Source of the DNA: Auanema rhodensis
Taxonomy: Eukaryota > Animalia > Nematoda
Assembly (NCBI GenBank): GCA_964057225.1
Contig: OZ059894.1
Span: 5,208,001 to 5,272,000, forward strand
Direction of reading: 5' to 3'
Length of the DNA stretch: 64,000 bases
Below the pieces are notes generated by a model. It saw only the letters and a list, made by a program, of their open reading frames with translations. It did not search any database and was not told where the DNA came from. The stretch's first letter is position 1. Every line of letters starts with the position of its first letter. Of this stretch, positions 11,397 to 26,400 are shown piece after piece. The position numbers and the translations under genes are program-made.

Positions 11397-14300
11397 ATTA
11401 AGTGTACACGTGATGTGCACTTGGTATGTAACTCGCTTCACGTCAAAGATAAAGAGATGCGGTTTTCAAAATTAGATTCCCCATGTCCATATTAGTCTAA
11501 AAACAAATTTTTGTTGATATTGGTGGATGGTAACCATGACTTTCAAATTTACGTGAACTTCAATTTATGCTAATTAAGTGTACACGTGATGTGCACTTGG
11601 TATGTAACTCGCTTCACGTCAAAGATAAAGAGATGCGGTTTTCAAAATTAGATTTCGCATGTCCATATTAGTCTAAAAACAAATTTTTATTGATATTGGT
11701 GCATGGTAACCATGACTTTAAAATTTACGTGAACTTTAATTTATGCTGATTAAGTGAACACATGATGTGCACTTGGTATGTAACTCGCTTCACGTGAAAG
11801 ATAAAGGGATGCGGTTTCCAAAAATAGATTCCCGATGTCCATATTAGTCTAAAAACAAATTTTTATTGATATTGGTGGATGGTAACCATGACTTTCAAAT
11901 TTACGTGTACTTCAATTTATGCTAATTAAGTGTACACGTGATGTGCACTTGGTATGTAACTCGCTTCAAGTCAAAGATAAAGAGATGCGGTTTTCAAAAT
12001 TAGATTTCGCATGTCCATATTAGTCTAAAAACAAATTTTTATTGATATTGATGCATGGTAACCATGACTTTCAAATTTACGTGTACTTCAATTTATGCTA
12101 ATTAAGTGTACACGTGATGTGCACTTGGTATGTAACTCGCTTCACGTCAAAGATAAAGAGATGCGGTTTTCAAAATTAGATTCCCCATGTCCATATTAGT
12201 CTAAAAACAAATTTTTGTTGATATTGGTGCATGGTAACCATGACTTTGAAATTTACGTGAACTTTAATTTATGCTAATTAAGTGTACACATAATGTGCAC
12301 TTGGTATGTAACTCGCTTCAAGTGAAAGATAAAGAGATGCGGTTTTCAAAATTAGATTTCGCATGTCCATATTAGTCTAAAAACAAATATTTATTGATAT
12401 TGGTACATGGTAACCATGACTTTAAAATTTACGTGAACTTTAATTTATGCTAATTAAGTGAACACATGATGTGCACTTGGTATGTAACTCGCTTCACGTG
12501 AAAGATAAAGAGATGCGGTTTTCAAAATTAGATTCCTCATGTCCATATTAGTCTAAAAACGAATTTTTATTGATATTGATGCATGGTAACCATGACTTTG
12601 AAATTTACGTGAACTTTAATTTATGCTTATTAAGTGTACACGTGATGTGCACTTGGTATGTAACTCGCTTCACGTGAAAGATAAAGGGATGCGGTTTTCA
12701 AAATTAGATTCCTCATGTCCATATTAGTCTAAAAACGAATTTTTATTGATATTGATGCATGGTAACCATGACTTTCAAATTTACGTGAACTTCAATTTAT
12801 GCTGATTAAGTGAACACATGATGTGCACTTGGTATGTAACTCGCTTCACGTGAAAGATAAAGGGATGCGGTTTCCAAAAATAGATTCCCGATGTCCATAT
12901 TAGTCTAAAAACAAATTTTTATTGATATTGGTGCATGGTAACCATGACTTTAAAATTTACGTGAACTTTAATTTATGCTAATTAAGTGTACACGTGATGT
13001 GCACTTGGTACGTAATTCGCTTCAAGTCAAAGATAAAGAGATGCGGTTTCCAAAATTAGATTTCCCATGTCCATATTAGTCTAAAAACAAATTTTTATTA
13101 ATATTGGTGCATGGTAACCATGACTTTAAAATTTACGTGAACTTCAATTTATGCTAATTAAGTGTACACGTGATGTGCACTTGGTACGTAATTCGCTTCA
13201 AGTCAAAGATAAAGAGATGCGGTTTCCAAAATTAGATTTCCCATGTCCATATTAGTCTAAAAACAAATTTTTATTAATATTGGTGCATGGTAACCATGAC
13301 TTTAAAATTTACGTGAACTTTAATTTATGCTAATTAAGTGTACACGTGATGTGCACTTGGTATGTAACTCGCTTCAAGTGAAAGATAAAGAGATGCGGTT
13401 TTCAAAATTAGATTTCGCATGTCCATATTAGTCTAAAAACAAATTTTTATTGATATTGGTGCATGGTAACCATGACTTTAAAATTTACGTGAACTTTAAT
13501 TTATGCTGATTAAGTGAACACATGATTTGCACTTGGTATGTAACTCGCTTCACGTGAAAGATAAAGAGATGCGGTTTTCAAAATTAGATTCCTCATGTCC
13601 ATTTTAGTCTAAAAACAAATTTTTGTTGATATTGGTGGATGGTAACCATGACTTTCAAATTTACGTGTACTTCAATTTATGCTAATTAAGTGTACACGTG
13701 ATGTGCACTTGGTATGTAACTCGCTTCAAGTCAAAGATAAAGAGATGCGGTTTTCAAAATTAGATTCCCCATGTCCATATTAGTCTAAAAACAAATTTTT
13801 GTTGATATTGGTGCATGGTAACCATGACTTTGAAATTTACGTGAACTTTAATTTATGCTAATTAAGTGTACACATGATGTGCACATGGTATGTAACTCGC
13901 TTCACGTCAAAGATAAAGAGATGCGGTTTTCAAAATTAGATTCCCGATGTCCATATTAGTCTAAAAACAAATTTTTGTTGATATTGGTGGATGGTAACCA
14001 TGACTTTCAAATTTACGTGAACTTCAATTTATGCTATTTAAGTGTACACGTGATGTGCACTTGGTACGTAATTCGCTTCAAGTCAAAGATAAAGAGATGC
14101 GGTTTTCAAAATTAGATTTCGCATGTCCATATTAGTCTAAAAACAAATTTTTATTGATATTGGTGCATGGTAACCATGACTTTAAAATTTACGTGAACTT
14201 TAATTTATGCTGATTAAGTGAACACATGATGTGCACTTGGTATGTAACTCGCTTCACGTGAAAGATAAAGAGATGCGGTTTTCAAAATTAGATTCCTCAT

Positions 14301-16148
14301 GTCCATATTAGTCTAAAAACGAATTTTTATTGATATTGATGCATGGTAACCATGACTTTGAAATTTACGTGAACTTTAATTTATGCTAATTAAGTGTACA
14401 CATAATGTGCACTTGGTATGTAACTCGCTTCAAGTGAAAGATAAAGAGATGCGGTTTTCAAAATTAGATTCCCCATGTCCATATTAGTCTAAAAACAAAT
14501 TTTTATTAATATTGGTGCATGGTAACCATGACTTTGAAATTTACGTGAACTTTAATTTATGCTAATTAAGTGTACACATAATGTGCACTTGGTATGTAAC
14601 TCGCTTCAAGTGAAAGATAAAGAGATGCGGTTTTCAAAATTAGATTTCGCATGTCCATATTAGTCTAAAAACAAATTTTTATTGATATTGGTGCATGGTA
14701 ACCATGACTTTAAAATTTACGTGAACTTTAATTTATGCTAATTAAGTGAACACATGATGTGCACTTGGTATGTAACTCGCTTCACGTGAAAGATAAAGAG
14801 ATGCGGTTTTCAAAATTAGATTCCTCATGTCCATATTAGTCTAAAAACGAATTTTTATTGATATTGATGCATGGTAACCATGACTTTGAAATTTACGTGA
14901 ACTTTAATTTATGCTTATTAAGTGTACACGTGATGTGCACTTGGTATGTAACTCGCTTCACGTGAAAGATAAAGAGATGCGGTTTTCAAAATTAGATTTC
15001 GCATGTCCATATTAGTCTAAAAACAAATTTTTATTGATATTGATGCATGGTCACCATGACTTTCAAATTTACGTGTACTTCAATTTATGCTATTTAAGTG
15101 TACACGTGATGTGCACTTGGTATGTAACTCGCTTCACGTCAAAGATAAAGAGATGCGGTTTTCAAAATTAGATTCCCGATGTCCATATTAGTCTAAAAAC
15201 AAATTTTTGTTGATATTGGTGGATGGTAACCATGACTTTCAAATTTACGTGAACTTCAATTTATGCTAATTAAGTGTACACGTGATGTGCACTTGGTACG
15301 TAATTCGCTTCAAGTCAAAGATAAAGAGATGCGGTTTCCAAAATTAGATTTCCCATGTCCATATTAGTCTAAAAACAAATTTTTATTAATATTGGTGCAT
15401 GGTAACCATGACTTTAAAATTTACGTGAACTTTAATTTATGCTAATTAAGTGTACACGTGATGTGCACTTGGTATGTAACTCGCTTCAAGTGAAAGATAA
15501 AGAGATGCGGTTTTCAAAATTAGATTTCGCATGTCCATATTAGTCTAAAAACAAATTTTTATTAATATTGGTGCATGGTAACCATGACTTTAAAATTTAC
15601 GTGAACTTTAATTTATGCTGATTAAGTGAACACATGATGTGCACTTGGTATGTAACTCGCTTCACGTGAAAGATAAAGGGATGCGGTTTCCAAAAATAGA
15701 TTCCCGATGTCCATATTAGTCTAAAAACAAATTTTTATTGATATTGGTGGATGGTAACCATGACTTTCAAATTTACGTGTACTTCAATTTATGCTAATTA
15801 AGTGTACACGTGATGTGCACTTGGTATGTAACTCGCTTCAAGTCAAAGATAAAGAGATGCGGTTTTCAAAATTAGATTTCGCATGTCCATATTAGTCTAA
15901 AAACAAATTTTTATTGATATTGATGCATGGTAACCATGACTTTCAAATTTACGTGTACTTCAATTTATGCTAATTAAGTGTACACGTGATGTGCACTTGG
16001 TATGTAACTCGCTTCACGTCAAAGATAAAGAGATGCGGTTTTCAAAATTAGATTCCCCATGTCCATATTAGTCTAAAAACAAATTTTTGTTGATATTGGT
16101 GCATGGTAACCATGACTTTGAAATTTACGTGAACTTTAATTTATGCTT

Positions 16149-16302
16149 ATTAAGTGTACACATAATGTGCACTTGGTATGTAACTCGCTTCAAGTGAAAG
16201 ATAAAGAGATGCGGTTTTCAAAATTAGATTCCTCATGTCCATATTGATATTGATGCATGGTAACCATGACTTTCAAATTTACGTGTACTTCAATTTATGC
16301 TA
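16149..16302 (+). repeat. 154-bp deletion monomer, third copy
   Basis: Identical junction at 16245/16246; offset from the second copy is 4906 = 28x176-22. Confidence 0.97.
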
Positions 16303-18814
16303 ATTAAGTGTACACGTGATGTGCACTTGGTATGTAACTCGCTTCACGTCAAAGATAAAGAGATGCGGTTTTCAAAATTAGATTCCCCATGTCCATATTA
16401 GTCTAAAAACAAATTTTTGTTGATATTGGTGGATGGTAACCATGACTTTCAAATTTACGTGAACTTCAATTTATGCTAATTAAGTGTACACGTGATGTGC
16501 ACTTGGTATGTAACTCGCTTCACGTCAAAGATAAAGAGATGCGGTTTTCAAAATTAGATTTCGCATGTCCATATTAGTCTAAAAACAAATTTTTATTGAT
16601 ATTGGTGCATGGTAACCATGACTTTAAAATTTACGTGAACTTTAATTTATGCTGATTAAGTGAACACATGATGTGCACTTGGTATGTAACTCGCTTCACG
16701 TGAAAGATAAAGGGATGCGGTTTCCAAAAATAGATTCCCGATGTCCATATTAGTCTAAAAACAAATTTTTATTGATATTGGTGGATGGTAACCATGACTT
16801 TCAAATTTACGTGTACTTCAATTTATGCTAATTAAGTGTACACGTGATGTGCACTTGGTATGTAACTCGCTTCAAGTCAAAGATAAAGAGATGCGGTTTT
16901 CAAAATTAGATTTCGCATGTCCATATTAGTCTAAAAACAAATTTTTATTGATATTGATGCATGGTAACCATGACTTTCAAATTTACGTGTACTTCAATTT
17001 ATGCTAATTAAGTGTACACGTGATGTGCACTTGGTATGTAACTCGCTTCACGTCAAAGATAAAGAGATGCGGTTTCCAAAATTAGATTTCGCATGTCCAT
17101 ATTAGTCTAAAAACAAATTTTTATTGATATTGGTGCATGGTAACCATGACTTTAAAATTTACGTGAACTTTAATTTATGCTAATTAAGTGTACACATAAT
17201 GTGCACTTGGTATGTAACTCGCTTCAAGTGAAAGATAAAGAGATGCGGTTTTCAAAATTAGATTTCGCATGTCCATATTAGTCTAAAAACAAATTTTTAT
17301 TGATATTGGTGCATGGTAACCATGACTTTAAAATTTACGTGAACTTTAATTTATGCTAATTAAGTGAACACATGATGTGCACTTGGTATGTAACTCGCTT
17401 CACGTGAAAGATAAAGAGATGCGGTTTTCAAAATTAGATTCCTCATGTCCATATTAGTCTAAAAACGAATTTTTATTGATATTGATGCATGGTAACCATG
17501 ACTTTGAAATTTACGTGAACTTTAATTTATGCTTATTAAGTGTACACGTGATGTGCACTTGGTATGTAACTCGCTTCACGTGAAAGATAAAGGGATGCGG
17601 TTTTCAAAATTAGATTCCTCATGTCCATATTAGTCTAAAAACGAATTTTTATTGATATTGATGCATGGTAACCATGACTTTCAAATTTACGTGAACTTCA
17701 ATTTATGCTGATTAAGTGAACACATGATGTGCACTTGGTATGTAACTCGCTTCACGTGAAAGATAAAGGGATGCGGTTTCCAAAAATAGATTCCCGATGT
17801 CCATATTAGTCTAAAAACAAATTTTTATTGATATTGGTGGATGGTAACCATGACTTTCAAATTTACGTGTACTTCAATTTATGCTAATTAAGTGTACACG
17901 TGATGTGCACTTGGTATGTAACTCGCTTCACGTCAAAGATAAAGAGATGCGGTTTTCAAAATTAGATTCCCGATGTCCATATTAGTCTAAAAACAAATTT
18001 TTGTTGATATTGGTGGATGGTAACCATGACTTTCAAATTTACGTGAACTTCAATTTATGCTAATTAAGTGTACACGTGATGTGCACTTGGTACGTAATTC
18101 GCTTCAAGTCAAAGATAAAGAGATGCGGTTTCCAAAATTAGATTTCGCATGTCCATATTAGTCTAAAAACAAATTTTTATTGATATTGGTGCATGGTAAC
18201 CATGACTTTAAAATTTACGTGAACTTTAATTTATGCTGATTAAGTGAACACATGATTTGCACTTGGTATGTAACTCGCTTCACGTGAAAGATAAAGAGAT
18301 GCGGTTTTCAAAATTAGATTCCTCATGTCCATTTTAGTCTAAAAACAAATTTTTGTTGATATTGGTGGATGGTAACCATGACTTTCAAATTTACGTGTAC
18401 TTCAATTTATGCTAATTAAGTGTACACGTGATGTGCACTTGGTATGTAACTCGCTTCAAGTCAAAGATAAAGAGATGCGGTTTTCAAAATTAGATTCCCC
18501 ATGTCCATATTAGTCTAAAAACAAATTTTTGTTGATATTGGTGCATGGTAACCATGACTTTGAAATTTACGTGAACTTTAATTTATGCTAATTAAGTGTA
18601 CACATGATGTGCACATGGTATGTAACTCGCTTCACGTCAAAGATAAAGAGATGCGGTTTTCAAAATTAGATTCCCGATGTCCATATTAGTCTAAAAACAA
18701 ATTTTTGTTGATATTGGTGGATGGTAACCATGACTTTCAAATTTACGTGAACTTCAATTTATGCTATTTAAGTGTACACGTGATGTGCACTTGGTACGTA
18801 ATTCGCTTCAAGTC

Positions 18815-21705
18815 AAAGATAAAGAGATGCGGTTTTCAAAATTAGATTTCGCATGTCCATATTAGTCTAAAAACAAATTTTTATTGATATTGGTGCATGG
18901 TAACCATGACTTTAAAATTTACGTGAACTTTAATTTATGCTGATTAAGTGAACACATGATGTGCACTTGGTATGTAACTCGCTTCACGTGAAAGATAAAG
19001 AGATGCGGTTTTCAAAATTAGATTCCTCATGTCCATATTAGTCTAAAAACGAATTTTTATTGATATTGATGCATGGTAACCATGACTTTGAAATTTACGT
19101 GAACTTTAATTTATGCTTATTAAGTGTACACGTGATGTGCACTTGGTATGTAACTCGCTTCACGTGAAAGATAAAGGGATGCGGTTGCCAAAATTAGATT
19201 CCTCATGTCCATATTAGTCTAAAAACAAATTTTTGTTGATATTGGTGGATGGTAACCATGACTTTCAAATTTACGTGTACTTCAATTTATGCTAATTAAG
19301 TGTACACGTGATGTGCACTTGGTATGTAACTCGCTTCACGTCAAAGATAAAGAGATGCGGTTTTCAAAATTAGATTCCCGATGTCCATATTAGTCTAAAA
19401 ACAAATTTTTATTGATATTGGTGCATGGTAACCATGACTTTAAAATTTACGTGAACTTTAATTTATGCTAATTAAGTGTACACGTGATGTGCACTTGGTA
19501 TGTAACTCGCTTCACGTGAAAGATGAAGAGATGCGGTTTTCAAAATTAGATTTCGCATGTCCATATTAGTCTAAAAACAAATTTTTATTGATATTGGTGC
19601 ATGGTAACCATGACTTTAAAATTTACGTGAACTTTAATTTATGCTGATTAAGTGAACACATGATGTGCACTTGGTATGTAACTCGCTTCACGTGAAAGAT
19701 GAAGAGATGCGGTTTTCAAAATTAGATTCCCCATGTCCATATTAGTCTAAAAACAAATTTTTGTTGATATTGGTGGATGGTAACCATGACTTTCAAATTT
19801 ACGTGAACTTTAATTTATGCTAATTAAGTGTACACGTGATGTGCACTTGGTATGTAACTCGCTTCAAGTGAAAGATAAAGAGATGCGGTTTTCAAAATTA
19901 GATTTCGCATGTCCATATTAGTCTAAAAACAAATTTTCATTGATATTGGTGCATGGTAACCATGACTTTCAAATTTACGTGAACTTCAATTTATGCTAAT
20001 TAAGTGTACACGTGATGTGCACTTGGTATGTAACTCGCTTCAAGTCAAAGATAAAGAGATGCGGTTTTCAAAATTAGATTTCGCATGTCCATATTAGTCT
20101 AAAAACAAATTTTTATTGATATTGATGCATGGTAACCATGACTTTCAAATTTACGTGTACTTCAATTTATGCTAATTAAGTGTACACGTGATGTGCACTT
20201 GGTATGTAACTCGCTTCACGTCAAAGATAAAGAGATGCGGTTTTCAAAATTAGATTTCGCATGTCCATATTAGTCTAAAAACAAATTTTTATTGATATTG
20301 GTGCATGGTAACCATGACTTTAAAATTTACGTGAACTTTAATTTATGCTGATTAAGTGAACACATGATGTGCACTTGGTATGTAACTCGCTTCACGTGAA
20401 AGATAAAGAGATGCGGTTTTCAAAATTAGATTCCTCATGTCCATATTAGTCTAAAAACGAATTTTTATTGATATTGATGCATGGTAACCATGACTTTGAA
20501 ATTTACGTGAACTTTAATTTATGCTTATTAAGTGTACACGTGATGTGCACTTGGTATGTAACTCGCTTCACGTGAAAGATAAAGGGATGCGGTTGCCAAA
20601 ATTAGATTCCTCATGTCCATATTAGTCTAAAAACAAATTTTTGTTGATATTGGTGGATGGTAACCATGACTTTCAAATTTACGTGTACTTCAATTTATGC
20701 TAATTAAGTGTACACGTGATGTGCACTTGGTATGTAACTCGCTTCACGTCAAAGATAAAGAGATGCGGTTTTCAAAATTAGATTCCCGATGTCCATATTA
20801 GTCTAAAAACAAATTTTTATTGATATTGGTGCATGGTAACCATGACTTTAAAATTTACGTGAACTTTAATTTATGCTAATTAAGTGTACACGTGATGTGC
20901 ACTTGGTATGTAACTCGCTTCACGTGAAAGATGAAGAGATGCGGTTTTCAAAATTAGATTTCGCATGTCCATATTAGTCTAAAAACAAATTTTTATTGAT
21001 ATTGGTGCATGGTAACCATGACTTTAAAATTTACGTGAACTTTAATTTATGCTGATTAAGTGAACACATGATGTGCACTTGGTATGTAACTCGCTTCACG
21101 TGAAAGATGAAGAGATGCGGTTTTCAAAATTAGATTCCCCATGTCCATATTAGTCTAAAAACAAATTTTTGTTGATATTGGTGGATGGTAACCATGACTT
21201 TCAAATTTACGTGAACTTTAATTTATGCTAATTAAGTGTACACGTGATGTGCACTTGGTATGTAACTCGCTTCAAGTGAAAGATAAAGAGATGCGGTTTT
21301 CAAAATTAGATTTCGCATGTCCATATTAGTCTAAAAACAAATTTTCATTGATATTGGTGCATGGTAACCATGACTTTCAAATTTACGTGAACTTCAATTT
21401 ATGCTAATTAAGTGTACACGTGATGTGCACTTGGTATGTAACTCGCTTCAAGTCAAAGATAAAGAGATGCGGTTTTCAAAATTAGATTTCGCATGTCCAT
21501 ATTAGTCTAAAAACAAATTTTTATTGATATTGATGCATGGTAACCATGACTTTCAAATTTACGTGTACTTCAATTTATGCTAATTAAGTGTACACGTGAT
21601 GTGCACTTGGTATGTAACTCGCTTCACGTCAAAGATAAAGAGATGCGGTTTTCAAAATTAGATTTCGCATGTCCATATTAGTCTAAAAACAAATTTTTAT
21701 TGATA
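18815..21705 (+). repeat. Tandem duplication of an 8-monomer (1408 bp) unit
   Basis: Markers GGTTGCC (19187/20595) and AAATTTTCATT (19938/21346) are both 1408 bp apart. Confidence 0.9.
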
Positions 21706-23454
21706 TTGATGCATGGTAACCATGACTTTCAAATTTACGTGAACTTCAATTTATGCTAATTAAGTGTACACGTGATGTGCACTTGGTATGTAACTCGCTT
21801 CACGTGAAAGATAAAGAGATGCGGTTTTCAAAATTAGATTCCCGATGTCCATATTAGTCTAAAAACAAATTTTTGTTGATATTGGTGGATGGTAACCATG
21901 ACTTTCAAATTTACGTGAACTTCAATTTATGCTAATTAAGTGTACACGTGATTTGCACTTGGTACGTAATTCGCTTCAAGTCAAAGATAAAGAGATGCGG
22001 TTTCCAAAATTAGATTTCCCATGTCCATATTAGTCTAAAAACAAATTTTTATTAATATTGGTGCATGGTAACCAAGACTTTAAAATTTACGTGAACTTTA
22101 ATTTATGCTAATTAAGTGTACACGTGATGTGCACTTGGTATGTAACTCGCTTCAAGTGAAAGATAAAGAGATGCGGTTTTCAAAATTAGATTCCCGATGT
22201 CCATATTAGTCTAAAAACAAATTTTTGTTGATATTGGTGGATGGTAACCATGACTTTCAAATTTACGTGAACTTCAATTTATGCTAATTAAGTGTACACG
22301 TGATGTGCACTTGGTACGTAATTCGCTTCAAGTCAAAGATAAAGAGATGCGGTTTCCAAAATTAGATTTCCCATGTCCATATTAGTCTAAAAACAAATTT
22401 TTATTAATATTGGTGCATGGTAACCATGACTTTAAAATTTACGTGAACTTTAATTTATGCTGATTAAGTGAACACATGATGTGCACTTGGTATGTAACTC
22501 GCTTCACGTGAAAGATAAAGGGATGCGGTTTCCAAAAATAGATTCCCGATGTCCATATTAGTCTAAAAACAAATTTTTATTGATATTGGTGGATGGTAAC
22601 CATGACTTTCAAATTTACGTGTACTTCAATTTATGCTAATTAAGTGTACACGTGATGTGCACTTGGTATGTAACTCGCTTCAAGTCAAAGATAAAGAGAT
22701 GCGGTTTTCAAAATTAGATTTCGCATGTCCATATTAGTCTAAAAACAAATTTTTATTGATATTGATGCATGGTAACCATGACTTTCAAATTTACGTGTAC
22801 TTCAATTTATGCTAATTAAGTGTACACGTGATGTGCACTTGGTATGTAACTCGCTTCACGTCAAAGATAAAGAGATGCGGTTTTCAAAATTAGATTTCGC
22901 ATGTCCATATTAGTCTAAAAACAAATTTTTATTGATATTGATGCATGGTAACCATGACTTTCAAATTTACGTGTACTTCAATTTATGCTAATTAAGTGTA
23001 CACGTGATGTGCACTTGGTATGTAACTCGCTTCACGTCAAAGATAAAGAGATGCGGTTTTCAAAATTAGATTCCCCATGTCCATATTAGTCTAAAAACAA
23101 ATTTTTGTTGATATTGGTGCATGGTAACCATGACTTTGAAATTTACGTGAACTTTAATTTATGCTAATTAAGTGTACACATAATGTGCACTTGGTATGTA
23201 ACTCGCTTCAAGTGAAAGATAAAGAGATGCGGTTTTCAAAATTAGATTTCGCATGTCCATATTAGTCTAAAAACAAATTTTTATTGATATTGGTGCATGG
23301 TAACCATGACTTTAAAATTTACGTGAACTTTAATTTATGCTAATTAAGTGAACACATGATGTGCACTTGGTATGTAACTCGCTTCACGTGAAAGATAAAG
23401 AGATGCGGTTTTCAAAATTAGATTCCTCATGTCCATATTAGTCTAAAAACGAAT

Positions 23455-26400
23455 TTTTATTGATATTGATGCATGGTAACCATGACTTTGAAATTTACGT
23501 GAACTTTAATTTATGCTTATTAAGTGTACACGTGATGTGCACTTGGTATGTAACTCGCTTCACGTGAAAGATAAAGGGATGCGGTTTTCAAAATTAGATT
23601 CCTCATGTCCATTTTAGTCTAAAAACAAATTTTTGTTGATATTGGTGGATGGTAACCATGACTTTCAAATTTACGTGTACTTCAATTTATGCTAATTAAG
23701 TGTACACGTGATGTGCACTTGGTATGTAACTCGCTTCAAGTCAAAGATAAAGAGATGCGGTTTTCAAAATTAGATTTCGCATGTCCATATTAGTCTAAAA
23801 ACAAATTTTTATTGATATTGATGCATGGTAACCATGACTTTCAAATTTACGTGTACTTCAATTTATGCTAATTAAGTGTACACGTGATGTGCACTTGGTA
23901 TGTAACTTGCTTCACGTCAAAGATAAAGAGATGCGGTTTTCAAAATTAGATTCCCGATGTCCATATTAGTCTAAAAACAAATTTTTGTTGATATTGGTGG
24001 ATGGTAACCATGACTTTCAAATTTACGTGAACTTCAATTTATGCTATTTAAGTGTACACGTGATGTGCACTTGGTACGTAATTCGCTTCAAGTCAAAGAT
24101 AAAGAGATGCGGTTTTCAAAATTAGATTTCGCATGTCCATATTAGTCTAAAAACAAATTTTTATTGATATTGGTGCATGGTAACCATGACTTTAAAATTT
24201 ACGTGAACTTTAATTTATGCTGATTAAGTGAACACATGATGTGCACTTGGTATGTAACTCGCTTCACGTGAAAGATTAAGAGATGCGGTTTTCAAAATTA
24301 GATTCCTCATGTCCATATTAGTCTAAAAACGAATTTTTATTGATATTGATGCATGGTAACCATGACTTTGAAATTTACGTGAACTTTAATTTATGCTTAT
24401 TAAGTGTACACGTGATGTGCACTTGGTATGTAACTCGCTTCACGTGAAAGATAAAGGGATGCGGTTGCCAAAATTAGATTCCTCATGTCCATATTAGTCT
24501 AAAAACAAATTTTTGTTGATATTGGTGGATGGTAACCATGACTTTCAAATTTACGTGTACTTCAATTTATGCTAATTAAGTGTACACGTGATGTGCACTT
24601 GGTATGTAACTCGCTTCACGTCAAAGATAAAGAGATGCGGTTTTCAAAATAAGATTCCCGATGTCCATATTAGTCTAAAAACAAATTTTTATTGATATTG
24701 GTGCATGGTAACCATGACTTTGAAATTTACGTGAACTTTAATTTATGCTAATTAAGTGTACACGTGATGTGCACTTGGTATGTAACTCGCTTCACGTGAA
24801 AGATGAAGAGATGCGGTTTTCAAAATTAGATTCCCCATGTCCATATTAGTCTAAAAACAAATTTTTGTTGATATTGGTGAATGGTAACCATGACTTTCAA
24901 ATTTACGTGAACTTCAATTTATGCTAATTAAGTGTACACGTGATGTGCACTTGGTATGTAACTCGCTTCACGTCAAAGATAAAGAGATGCGGTTTTCAAA
25001 ATTAGATTCCCGATGTCCATATTAGTCTAAAAACAAATTTTTATTGATATTGGTGCATGGTAACCATGACTTTAAAATTTACGTGAACTTTAATTTATGC
25101 TGATTAAGTGAACACATGATGTGCACTTGGTATGTAACTCGCTTCACGTGAAAGATGAAGAGATGCGGTTTTCAAAATTAGATTCCCCATGTCCATATTA
25201 GTCTAAAAACAAATTTTTGTTGATATTGGTGAATGGTAACCATGACTTTCAAATTTACGTGAACTTCAATTTATGCTAATTAAGTGTACACGTGATGTGC
25301 ACTTGGTATGTAACTCGCTTCACGTCAAAGATAAAGAGATGCGGTTTTCAAAATTAGATTCCCCATGTCCATATTAGTCTAAAAACAAATTTTTATTGAT
25401 ATTGATGCATGGTAACCATGACTTTGAAATTTACGTGAACTTTAATTTATGCTTATTAAGTGTACACGTGATGTGCACTTGGTATGTAACTCGCTTCACG
25501 TGAAAGATAAAGGGATGCGGTTTTCAAAATTAGATTCCTCATGTCCATTTTAGTCTAAAAACAAATTTTTGTTGATATTGGTGGATGGTAACCATGACTT
25601 TCAAATTTACGTGTACTTCAATTTATGCTAATTAAGTGTACACGTGATGTGCACTTGGTATGTAACTCGCTTCAAGTCAAAGATAAAGAGATGCGGTTTT
25701 CAAAATTAGATTTCGCATGTCCATATTAGTCTAAAAACAAATTTTTATTGATATTGATGCATGGTAACCATGACTTTCAAATTTACGTGTACTTCAATTT
25801 ATGCTAATTAAGTGTACACGTGATGTGCACTTGGTATGTAACTCGCTTCACGTCAAAGATATAGAGATGCGGTTTTCAAAATTAGATTCCCGATGTCCAT
25901 ATTAGTCTAAAAACAAATTTTTGTTGATATTGGTGGATGGTAACCATGACTTTCAAATTTACGTGAACTTCAATTTATGCTATTTAAGTGTACACGTGAT
26001 GTGCACTTGGTACGTAATTCGCTTCAAGTCAAAGATAAAGAGATGCGGTTTTCAAAATTAGATTTCGCATGTCCATATTAGTCTAAAAACAAATTTTTAT
26101 TGATATTGGTGCATGGTAACCATGACTTTAAAATTTACGTGAACTTTAATTTATGCTGATTAAGTGAACACATGATGTGCACTTGGTATGTAACTCGCTT
26201 CACGTGAAAGATTAAGAGATGCGGTTTTCAAAATTAGATTCCTCATGTCCATATTAGTCTAAAAACGAATTTTTATTGATATTGATGCATGGTAACCATG
26301 ACTTTGAAATTTACGTGAACTTTAATTTATGCTTATTAAGTGTACACGTGATGTGCACTTGGTATGTAACTCGCTTCACGTGAAAGATAAAGGGATGCGG

